Under the pieces are notes generated by a model, which saw only the letters and a program-made list of their open reading frames with translations, ran no database searches and was not told the origin of the DNA. DNA of 64,000 nt, taken from positions 434,001 through 498,000 of the forward strand of contig MFPR01000004.1 in the NCBI GenBank assembly GCA_001784175.1. The letters run 5' to 3'. Source of the DNA: Candidatus Lindowbacteria bacterium RIFCSPLOWO2_12_FULL_62_27. GTDB taxonomy: Bacteria > Lindowbacteria > 2-12-FULL-62-27. The translations under genes and the position numbers were made by a program. Shown one piece after another: positions 38,212 through 46,149 of the stretch (the stretch's first letter is position 1; every line of letters begins with the position of its first letter).

Positions 38212-38924
38212 TTCAGGAGGGGGTGCGTCCCATTCTGGTCATCGCGGCCCACCCCGACGACGAGTCACTGGGCTGTGGCGGGACCATCGCGCGTCACAGC
38301 CGCCAGGGACACGACGTGCATCTTCTCATCCTCGGCGAGGGCGCCACGTCCAGAAGGCGCCATCGCACGGGCGGACGGGGCGCAGCAGCCAGGGAAGTAA
38401 AAGAATTGGACAAGGCCGTCCGCAAAGCGGCGCAGGTCCTGGGAATCAACGAGGTGCATCGCCGATATTTTCCCGACAACCGCTTTGACAGTCTGGACTT
38501 GCTCGAAATCGTCAAAACGATCGAAGAGGTCATCGAGAGGATCGGCCCCGGCCGCGTCTACACGCACAGCGCCGGGGATCTGAACCTCGACCACCGGATC
38601 GTTCACCAGGCCGTCCTGACGGCATGCCGCCCCCAGAACGGGTGCCCCGTCCAGACCATCCTGGCCTTCGAAATCCCGTCGTCCACCGAATGGCAGGGGC
38701 CTGGGAGTCACACGCCATTTTGGCCGCAAATCTACATGGACATTAAAGAGACACTGCCGTTAAAACAGAAGGCGCTCAGTTGTTATCCGACAGAAGTCCG
38801 ACCGTATCCCCATCCCCGGTCGCCTGAATCAATCGAGATCATCGCAAGACGTTGGGGCCTGAATGCAGGTCTGGAAGCCGCCGAGCCGTTCATGTTGATC
38901 CGGGATATCGTGACGTCTCCATGA
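38199..38924 (+). CDS. PIG-L/LmbE family N-deacetylase (start ATG 38199 or GTG 38223)
   Basis: AAHPDDESLGCGG, DNRFD, DLNLDH, EIPSSTEW, PHPRS. Confidence 0.9.
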   Translation: MARLIQEGVRPILVIAAHPDDESLGCGGTIARHSRQGHDVHLLILGEGATSRRRHRTGGRGAAAREVKELDKAVRKAAQVLGINEVHRRYFPDNRFDSLDLLEIVKTIEEVIERIGPGRVYTHSAGDLNLDHRIVHQAVLTACRPQNGCPVQTILAFEIPSSTEWQGPGSHTPFWPQIYMDIKETLPLKQKALSCYPTEVRPYPHPRSPESIEIIARRWGLNAGLEAAEPFMLIRDIVTSP

Positions 38925-40813
38925 AGCTCCTAATAAGGTGCGGCGTTCCTCCGGACGGCGCTTCTAAATCGCAGGCTGGACTGAAGGAGCTTCATCGCTC
39001 AGACCGATTCTGCATCGAGGGGGATACAGACATCCGGCGGTTCCGGGACGCCCTGGGGTCGAGCCTTTTTGTGGGAGGTCGATTCCTTGGGGTGGATTCG
39101 GAGGCGGCCAAGATCGTTTTCCAGAAGGGCATGGAGGCCGGCCGCGAGACTCTGGAAGGCCGCTATTTCCTCGTCCTTGTCCGGCCGGACGGCTCATGCG
39201 AAGTTTGCACGGATCGGTTCGGCCAACAGGAACTATATTATGAAGAAGACTCGGAGGGCTTGGTCTTGGCTACGGATATTTCGCTCCTGCCCCGCCGCGC
39301 TCAGCGCCATCACCAGCCGGCCCTTGCGCACGCGCTTTGCGTCTACGGCTGGCGTCCTCCCAAGCGTCACACCTTTTGGGAGGGTGCGCGGCGTCTGGGG
39401 ATCGACCAGGTTCTTCGAGTGGAGGGTGGCCGCGCGCATATCCGGGACATTCCGTTCCAGCCGCTCAAGACCGGCAATTATACCGAACACCATCTGAACG
39501 CGTATGCGGATTCCCTGCTCAATGCCATTCGAGTCCGGGGATCGGACCATGGAAATGTCGTTTACCTCTCGTCCGGGTGGGACTCGACCGCGATTCTGGC
39601 GTGCCTGGTGAAGCTTTTTGGCGCGGGGAAAGTTCGAGCGATCACCGGGCGGATCATCTACTCGGATCGAAGCGGCATCATCAACCGGTTTGAAACGGAC
39701 CGGGCACGGGCGGTCGCCGATTACTATGGGATCAAGCTCGACATCGTCGACATTGACTACCGACGGGAGGGGCCCGACCTCTTGGAGCGGTTGCAGCCGT
39801 TGATGCAGGCGCACCAGATCGGCAGTATTTCGTTGCTCACTCAGGAACGCTTCGCCGCGCACGTGGCTGCAACCTCGAACGGCGACGAATCGGTCTTTGC
39901 CGGAGAAATCAGCGACGGAGCGCACAATCTCGGATTCAGCCAGTTCACCACGATCTTCCACCCGGTTCATGAGTTTCGCGAGTACAGTGACAAGATGGCC
40001 AGCTATCTGTTCGGGCCCACGTTTCTTGGACGCTTGCAAGATGGAACGTACTTCGAGGACCCTGTTTACCAGTTGCTTCGGTCCCGCCTACCGGACGCCG
40101 CCTTCGATGCGCCTGCCAACGGCAGCCGGGCCGGCCACACCATGCATCTGCTGTCCAGTTTCTTTCTCCGTCTCAGACGCTTTCCGCTCTGGTCCTTGAG
40201 CAACAGCCGGGTCCTCACCGGGGACGGTCGCATGGCGTATCTTCGGGAAATGGAAACCACCTATCTGAAGCGGGCCGCCGAAGAGGCGACGGTCGAAACA
40301 CTCTACTCGTGGTATCTTTGGCTTTACAACTCGTTCCACTGGCAGGGTTCGACGGTCCTTTCGTTATACCTGACCGCTGAGGCGCAGGGCCTCAGGATGG
40401 AGATGCCGTTCTGGGACGGCCGGATACAGGAGTTTCTGTCTGCCATGCCCGAGTCTTGGGGCCGGGGGCTCGACCTCAATCCCACCAAATATCCGCTCAA
40501 ATGGACGCTGAAACATCGGGTCGATTACCCCTTCCATCTTCAGCGCGGCCCCCATTCCTATATTTACGACGTCCAGCCGGGATTCAGTCTGGTCGCCGAA
40601 GTGTTGTACGATTCCGCGTTTTCTCCCTATTTCAGGAAAATCCTGGCACGACGGCAATATCGGGAGGTGCTGTCACCAGAAGTGTTCGATCTGGAGCATA
40701 TTGACGGAATTGTCCACCGATATCAGGAGGGAACGGAAGTGCGTGGAGAGGAACTCAGCGAACTTTTGGCCCTATGCCAGCTCTCAGCCGCAGGATGGTT
40801 CGCCTCGCGATGA
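38921..40813 (+). CDS. Asparagine-synthase-like ATP pyrophosphatase/amide ligase
   Basis: TDRFG, PP-loop LSSGWDST, AGEISDG, MPFWD, KYPLK; no N-terminal catalytic Cys. Confidence 0.75.
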   Translation: MKLLIRCGVPPDGASKSQAGLKELHRSDRFCIEGDTDIRRFRDALGSSLFVGGRFLGVDSEAAKIVFQKGMEAGRETLEGRYFLVLVRPDGSCEVCTDRFGQQELYYEEDSEGLVLATDISLLPRRAQRHHQPALAHALCVYGWRPPKRHTFWEGARRLGIDQVLRVEGGRAHIRDIPFQPLKTGNYTEHHLNAYADSLLNAIRVRGSDHGNVVYLSSGWDSTAILACLVKLFGAGKVRAITGRIIYSDRSGIINRFETDRARAVADYYGIKLDIVDIDYRREGPDLLERLQPLMQAHQIGSISLLTQERFAAHVAATSNGDESVFAGEISDGAHNLGFSQFTTIFHPVHEFREYSDKMASYLFGPTFLGRLQDGTYFEDPVYQLLRSRLPDAAFDAPANGSRAGHTMHLLSSFFLRLRRFPLWSLSNSRVLTGDGRMAYLREMETTYLKRAAEEATVETLYSWYLWLYNSFHWQGSTVLSLYLTAEAQGLRMEMPFWDGRIQEFLSAMPESWGRGLDLNPTKYPLKWTLKHRVDYPFHLQRGPHSYIYDVQPGFSLVAEVLYDSAFSPYFRKILARRQYREVLSPEVFDLEHIDGIVHRYQEGTEVRGEELSELLALCQLSAAGWFASR

Positions 40814-42363
40814 TGAGAGGCGCGTCGAAACTGGACTTGCTGATCGTCTCGCCCGGCGACCACAAGATCATTTACCAGGACCTGGCGGCGGAATACGCCG
40901 CGCTCGAACCGCCCATTTGGGCGGGGCTCATTGCAAACTTTGCGAGACACAAAGGCTGCAGCGTCGATATCATCGACCAGCAGGCCGAGGGCCTGACGCC
41001 GGGGGATATCGTCCGGAGGGCCTTGGACGACCGGCCGAGGCTCGTGGCCATCCTCGTCTATGGCCAGCAGCCGTCCGCGTCCACTCAAAACATGACCATG
41101 GCCGGCGAGATCGCGGCGCAATTCAGTGAACACGCGCCGGAATTCAAAACGATCCTGATCGGCGGCCACGTCTCCGCCATCCCGGAACCCACGATGCGGG
41201 AGACGGCCTGCGATTTCGTATGCGAGGGGGAAGGCCCCTGCACCGTGGATGCGCTCCTTCAGCTTGAGAACATGAACGATCCCTCGGACTACTCCAAAGT
41301 CCCGGGTCTTTGGTACCGGCGCGATGGACACATCCTGAACACAAACCCCGCGCCGGTCGTGCCGGAAAAAGAACTGCCGGCCACCCTGCCCGGCATCGCA
41401 TGGGACCTTCTGCCGATGCATGCCTACCGGGCGCACAACTGGCACTGTTTCTCGCACATCCACGACCGCAGCCCCTATGCATCGATGTATACGAGCCTCG
41501 GCTGCCCGTTCAGATGCACCTTTTGCTGCATCAACGCACCCTTCGGATCGGCCGGACTGCGATGCTGGGATCCAAAATTCGTCATCACGGAACTCGACCT
41601 CCTGGCCAACCGCTACCGCGTCAAGAACATCAAAATCGCCGACGAGATGTTCGTCTTGAATGAACGCCACGTGCTGGATCTGTGCGACCTCATCATCGAA
41701 CGGGGCTATGAGTTTAACTTCTGGGCATACGCGCGCGTCGATACAGTCAAGGACAGGTTTCTGGAGAAACTCAAGAAAGCCGGATTCAACTGGCTCTGCC
41801 TCGGGATCGAATCGAGGAGCAACCATGTTCGCGCAGGGGTCGTCAAGGGACAGTACAGCGAAGAGGACATCTACGATACGGTGCAGCGCATCAAGAACGC
41901 CGGCATCCATGCCTTCGGCAACTACATCTTTGGCCTGCCGGACGACACCTGCGAATCGATGCAGGAAACGCTGGATCTGGCGGTCGACCTCAACTGTGAG
42001 ATGGCCAATTTTTATTGCGCCGCCGCCTACCCGGGATCCAAACTCTACGAGATGGCGAAGGCGAAGGGTTGGCGCCTCCCCGAGAAATGGCATGACTTCT
42101 CACAGCATTCCTACGGCCAGTTGCCGCTGCCGACAGAGACGCTTCCCGCAGGAGAAGTTTTGGCGTTTCGGGACAAGGCCTGGCAAATCTATTTCACCAA
42201 TCCCCGGTATCTCAATCTGATTCTGGAAAAATTCGGCCGGGAGGCGGTGGATCACATCGCCAAGCTGACCACGTATACGCTGCGTCGAAAGCATGCGGCG
42301 CCCCTGCGCGTTGAACCGTGTCTGCGAAAGGACGCGACGGAAGTGAAGGGCGTCAGCGTCTGA
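40810..42363 (+). CDS. B12-binding domain radical SAM protein
   Basis: EPPIW, GGHVSA, GEG, SLGCPFRCTFC, ADEMF, YARVD, LGIES, AYPGS. Confidence 0.9.
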   Translation: MMRGASKLDLLIVSPGDHKIIYQDLAAEYAALEPPIWAGLIANFARHKGCSVDIIDQQAEGLTPGDIVRRALDDRPRLVAILVYGQQPSASTQNMTMAGEIAAQFSEHAPEFKTILIGGHVSAIPEPTMRETACDFVCEGEGPCTVDALLQLENMNDPSDYSKVPGLWYRRDGHILNTNPAPVVPEKELPATLPGIAWDLLPMHAYRAHNWHCFSHIHDRSPYASMYTSLGCPFRCTFCCINAPFGSAGLRCWDPKFVITELDLLANRYRVKNIKIADEMFVLNERHVLDLCDLIIERGYEFNFWAYARVDTVKDRFLEKLKKAGFNWLCLGIESRSNHVRAGVVKGQYSEEDIYDTVQRIKNAGIHAFGNYIFGLPDDTCESMQETLDLAVDLNCEMANFYCAAAYPGSKLYEMAKAKGWRLPEKWHDFSQHSYGQLPLPTETLPAGEVLAFRDKAWQIYFTNPRYLNLILEKFGREAVDHIAKLTTYTLRRKHAAPLRVEPCLRKDATEVKGVSV

Positions 42364-42865
42364 AGGCGGGTTTCAGTCGATAATACAGGAGGGCGAAAGG
42401 TAGCGCCAGCGCGGCCAGACACGCCGCGGACAGGGCGCCGGCCATTGCCCGGATTCTGTCCAACACGAATCCTTTCCATGTCACTTGCCTGAAATGTTTC
42501 ACCGGCGCGTGGGAGACGATCCTTGAAACGCCGGCCGCCGTTAAAAAACGGATGATCCCCCCATATCCGCGGCCGTCCACATGGTTGTACGGCACATAGG
42601 CTTCATCGATCCGCTCCCGCCGGAGCCTCTCCAGACACAGCCGGTTCAATCCTCCGTAGGTCATCCACGGCCGGTCATACAGCAGAAAATCAGCTTCCAC
42701 ACCTTCCGATGCCTTGCGGATCTCCTTTTCCGCGGATGGCTGGACAATCCAGATCCACCGGACGCCAGCGTCTCCGACGCCGGCCGGATACCGCACCTCT
42801 TTGAGATACCGAAACAGAGCCAGACACTGCGACAGCGGGGCGGACCGGATCAGCAGGATGTTCAT
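42353..42865 (-). CDS. Small protein resembling the N-terminal half of GT9 heptosyltransferases, with a hydrophobic C-terminal tail
   Basis: MNILLIRSAP...YLK..RYP...WIVQ...LRRERIDEAYVPY; hydrophobic C-terminus; ATGA coupling. Confidence 0.55.
   Translation of the reverse strand: MNILLIRSAPLSQCLALFRYLKEVRYPAGVGDAGVRWIWIVQPSAEKEIRKASEGVEADFLLYDRPWMTYGGLNRLCLERLRRERIDEAYVPYNHVDGRGYGGIIRFLTAAGVSRIVSHAPVKHFRQVTWKGFVLDRIRAMAGALSAACLAALALPFALLYYRLKPAFRR
42760..42788 (+). repeat. Half copy of the 48-bp element (second hairpin plus CGGA end)
   Basis: GCCAGCGTC-TCC-GACGCCGGC-CGGA inside the 42353..42865 ORF (reads PAGVGDAG). Confidence 0.7.
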
Positions 42866-43953
42866 GGGACGGTTGCTTCGACAGGACGGGTCACGGCTTC
42901 ACAGACGGGCGCGAAGTCGTCGTGATAAACGGAGGTCGGCCGAGCGAGGTCGTTCAACGACAATTCGACGGCGTCCGTCGGGATGAAAGATAACATGCGG
43001 TGGGCGGATTTCAGCCGTCCCAGCATGCGCCGCAACGTCTCCCGGGAGGAGGCGCGAAATCCGTTAAACCGGTGCGGCGCATAGAATCTGTCCCACTCCC
43101 GGCTCAAATACTTTCCCAGCATCCACCAAAGGTATTTTTTCGCAGTCTCTTCCCCTTCCCGGACCGACATACCGTCCTGGCGGGCCAGTTCCTCCGCGAG
43201 GCAACGCTGGACTCCCTCGCACTCGCCCCGCCAGGGGGCTGCGCAGAACCATTCGAAGAGTCCGGGTTCCTGCGAGCCGCGGGCTGAGACCTGGCCGGGA
43301 TGGGCCTGACACAGTTTGTAGAGTTTCTCCAGACGCTTGACCTTGCCGCGGATGACGGGAATGCATGTGGTCAGGATCTCGGCGAACTCATATCCAAGCT
43401 TGCGTTCAATCACGCGGGTGTATCCGTCCCGGACGTCTTCCGTCCGGTGGATCGAGTTTCCGGTCGCAAACCAATGGCTCATGAAGCGGCCTAACCGGCC
43501 GGCGCCGGTGTCGTCTTCGATGTCGGCGTACTCATAATGCGTCATCCACTGGAACCGGCCATGGGTCTGGCCGGAATCAAGCCCGAACATGAGGCAGAGG
43601 CCATGCGCGACCCGGTACGCCGGATGCCGGTCCAGAAAATCCATGCAGAGATCCATCGTTTCAGGCACGTAAAAGTCGTCGTCGGACGCCAGCATGCAGT
43701 AGGGCGTCCGGGCCTGCGCCAGGCCCTGCGCCAGGCAAATGTTGGCGGAGGCCCGCGGATGGGCGAGATGGGTCACGTTCAATTGATCGCGATATCGCCG
43801 GATCATGGAAACGATGGCCTCAAAAGGTTCGGGGTCGCTCGCGTCTGAAATAATGATGGGATGTGAAAAGGCGCGGCCCGCGTAATACGCAAGAAACCGG
43901 GACAGGAACTGTACGCGGTTCCGCGTGGTCACCACCATGGTCAACCTGGGCAT
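42862..43953 (-). CDS. GT-A glycosyltransferase (TIGR00180-like), copy B
   Basis: Highly similar to 32207..33286; ATG 43953 after GGAGG. Confidence 0.8.
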   Translation of the reverse strand: MPRLTMVVTTRNRVQFLSRFLAYYAGRAFSHPIIISDASDPEPFEAIVSMIRRYRDQLNVTHLAHPRASANICLAQGLAQARTPYCMLASDDDFYVPETMDLCMDFLDRHPAYRVAHGLCLMFGLDSGQTHGRFQWMTHYEYADIEDDTGAGRLGRFMSHWFATGNSIHRTEDVRDGYTRVIERKLGYEFAEILTTCIPVIRGKVKRLEKLYKLCQAHPGQVSARGSQEPGLFEWFCAAPWRGECEGVQRCLAEELARQDGMSVREGEETAKKYLWWMLGKYLSREWDRFYAPHRFNGFRASSRETLRRMLGRLKSAHRMLSFIPTDAVELSLNDLARPTSVYHDDFAPVCEAVTRPVEATVP

Positions 43954-43967
43954 GTCCGACAGCCTCC

Positions 43968-44063
43968 GGATCAGCCTCTCCGAGGCCTCAAGTGCCGGCG
44001 TCTCGGACCAGCGCCTCCGGCGCCTCAAGTGTCGGAGTCTCCGACTCCGACCCGACGCCGGCT
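43968..44063 (+). repeat. Two nested 48-bp elements (outer copy split by inner copy at 44005..44052)
   Basis: 96 bp = 2 x 48; removing 44005..44052 restores the outer GCCGGCGTC-TCC-GACGCCGGC hairpin. Confidence 0.9.
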
Positions 44064-45046
44064 GGACAGGCTGCCGTAAGGCTCATCACGTCCGATAGAA
44101 ATTCTTGGGAAAGCCGGATGTCGTTTTGATTGCTGGCGTACCGAAAGCCGCTCTTGACCCGCCGGCCGTTCTTGCTGATGTCACCCAAGGGCGGGAACGC
44201 CGGATAAATCACATAGTGGTCGTCAAACTCGCGCGTGTGCTCGCTTTCGTCCTCCGTGATCAATACCTCATGGATCTTTTCTCCCGGTCGCTTGCCGATA
44301 AATTCGAGCTCGCAGTCCGGCGCGATCAGGCGCGCAATATCCACCACCCGCGTGCTCGCGATTTTCGGAACGAGGATTTCACCGCCATGCATCCGTTCGA
44401 GACAGGTGAGCACGAATTCCACGGCGTTGTCGAGCGACATCCAGAAGCGCGTCATGCGGGGGTCGGTCACAATCAGTTTTCCGCTTTCCCGCTGCTCGAG
44501 AAACAGGGGCACCACGCTTCCGCGGCTCGCCAGAACATTTCCGTATCGCACCACGCTGAACCGCGTCCCCTTCTCCCCGGAATAGACATTGGCCGCGACA
44601 AACAATTTCTCCGCGCAGAGTTTCGTGGCCCCATAGAGATTGACGGGGTGAACCGCCTTGTCCGTGCTCAGGGCGATCACCTTCCGAACGCCCTGGTCGA
44701 TGGCCGCGTTCAGGACGTTCTCCGCACCGATGACGTTGGTCTTGACGGCTTCGATGGGATTGTACTCCAGGGTCGGCACCTGTTTGAGCGCCGCCGCGTG
44801 AATGACGATGTCCACGCCCTGAAAGGCCCGGTCCAAGCGGCTCTTGTCGCGCACATCCCCGATGAAAAATCGGATGGCCGGGTTCCCCACGAACTCCCGC
44901 TGCATCTCCACCTGCTTGAGTTCGTCCCGGCTGAAGATGATCAATTTTTCAGGCAACATTCGGTCGAGGACGAATCTCGCGAAATGTCTCCCGAACGACC
45001 CCGTTCCCCCCGTGACGAGCACCACTCGTCCGTTCAGATCAATCAT
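43988..45046 (-). CDS. pseB: UDP-N-acetylglucosamine 4,6-dehydratase (inverting)
   Basis: VTGGTGSFG, FSRDELKQ, HAAALKQVP, LSTDKA, YGATK, RYGNV, RPGEKIHE; stop codon lies inside the repeat. Confidence 0.9.
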   Translation of the reverse strand: MIDLNGRVVLVTGGTGSFGRHFARFVLDRMLPEKLIIFSRDELKQVEMQREFVGNPAIRFFIGDVRDKSRLDRAFQGVDIVIHAAALKQVPTLEYNPIEAVKTNVIGAENVLNAAIDQGVRKVIALSTDKAVHPVNLYGATKLCAEKLFVAANVYSGEKGTRFSVVRYGNVLASRGSVVPLFLEQRESGKLIVTDPRMTRFWMSLDNAVEFVLTCLERMHGGEILVPKIASTRVVDIARLIAPDCELEFIGKRPGEKIHEVLITEDESEHTREFDDHYVIYPAFPPLGDISKNGRRVKSGFRYASNQNDIRLSQEFLSDVMSLTAACPAGVGSESETPTLEAPEALVRDAGT

Positions 45047-45087
45047 TCCGTGGACAACTTAAACTTGGGATCAAAAGCATGTCAAGT

Positions 45088-46149
45088 TCAGTACGGGCCT
45101 TTGAACGTGTCGACCGCGTCGATGCCCCGCAGGTTGCCCTGCGGATGCCGGCCGAGCATGTGCAGAGACAGCCCGACGATGGTCGAAGCCTTTGGATACA
45201 GGACCGACTCGAGACTGGCTGCCACCGGCGCGGGGCAGTTTGGGGAGGAGAGCCGCCGGACGGGGCCGCGCAAGGCGTCGAAGGCCTTTTCCGCGGCCAG
45301 CGCGGCGATCTCGCTTGAGAATCCGCAGCATTCCCAGCTTGTGTCCGCAACGATCAGCCGGCCCGTCTTTCGCACGGACGCCAGAATCGTTTCCTCGTCC
45401 AGGGGCCGGATGGATCTCGGGTCGATGATTTCCACTTCAATCCCTTCCTTGGCAAGCACGCCTGCGGCCACAAGCGCTTCCTGCACCATGTAGGATGTCG
45501 CAACAAGCGTCAGGTCGACGCCCGGCCGGACCACCTTCGCATGGCCGAAGGGCGTCGCGTAGTACTCCTCGGGCACCGGCCCGGTCAATTCGAAGAGCGA
45601 CCGGTGTTCCAGAATGATCACCGGATGGGACGCGCGCAGTGCGGCCATGGTGAGGCCCTTGGCGTCCTCCGGAGACGCCGGCATGACGACCGCCAGACCG
45701 GGGAAATGCGCCAGAACGGACTGCAGGCTCTGCGAATGCGTGGGACCCTGCCCCCAGCCCCGCCCGATGATACCCCGGACCACGATGGGCACAGACCCCG
45801 CACGGCCGCCGTACATGTATCGCCACTTCGCCGCCACGTTGATGAGCTGGTCGAACGCGAGGAACATGAAATCATTTCGCGGGTGGACGACGACCGGCCG
45901 CATGCCCATGACCGCGGCGCCGATGGCGATGCCGGTCAGGGCGTTCTCCATCGCGGGCGCGTCAAACACGCGCGCCGGCCCGAACCGCCGCAGGGCTTCG
46001 ACGGTCGACCCGAAAATTCCCGACGGATAGTCGACGGAGATGCCGGTGACAAAAATACCCGGATCCCGTTCCATGGCCATGCAGAGCCCCTCGGACAGTG
46101 CATCCTTGAATTTGATGTTGCGCGCCGGCCTCAAGGCGTCACCAGACAT
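45088..46149 (-). CDS. ThDP-dependent dehydrogenase E1 beta-like subunit
   Basis: DAPAMEN, DQLINVAAK, GQGPTHSQ, IILEHR, RKTGRL. Confidence 0.9.
   Translation of the reverse strand: MSGDALRPARNIKFKDALSEGLCMAMERDPGIFVTGISVDYPSGIFGSTVEALRRFGPARVFDAPAMENALTGIAIGAAVMGMRPVVVHPRNDFMFLAFDQLINVAAKWRYMYGGRAGSVPIVVRGIIGRGWGQGPTHSQSLQSVLAHFPGLAVVMPASPEDAKGLTMAALRASHPVIILEHRSLFELTGPVPEEYYATPFGHAKVVRPGVDLTLVATSYMVQEALVAAGVLAKEGIEVEIIDPRSIRPLDEETILASVRKTGRLIVADTSWECCGFSSEIAALAAEKAFDALRGPVRRLSSPNCPAPVAASLESVLYPKASTIVGLSLHMLGRHPQGNLRGIDAVDTFKGPY

Noticed and set aside
40723-42093. Long antisense ORFs (e.g. 40723-42093, 44105-45493, 60321-61889, 8584-9897, 53364-54503 minus)
   Set aside because: Shadow frames of well-supported genes in high-GC DNA; no recognisable motifs.
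31889-44063. 48-bp repeat as a CRISPR array or intrinsic terminators
   Set aside because: Copies are kilobases apart with no spacers or cas genes, have no U-tract and sit inside ORFs.
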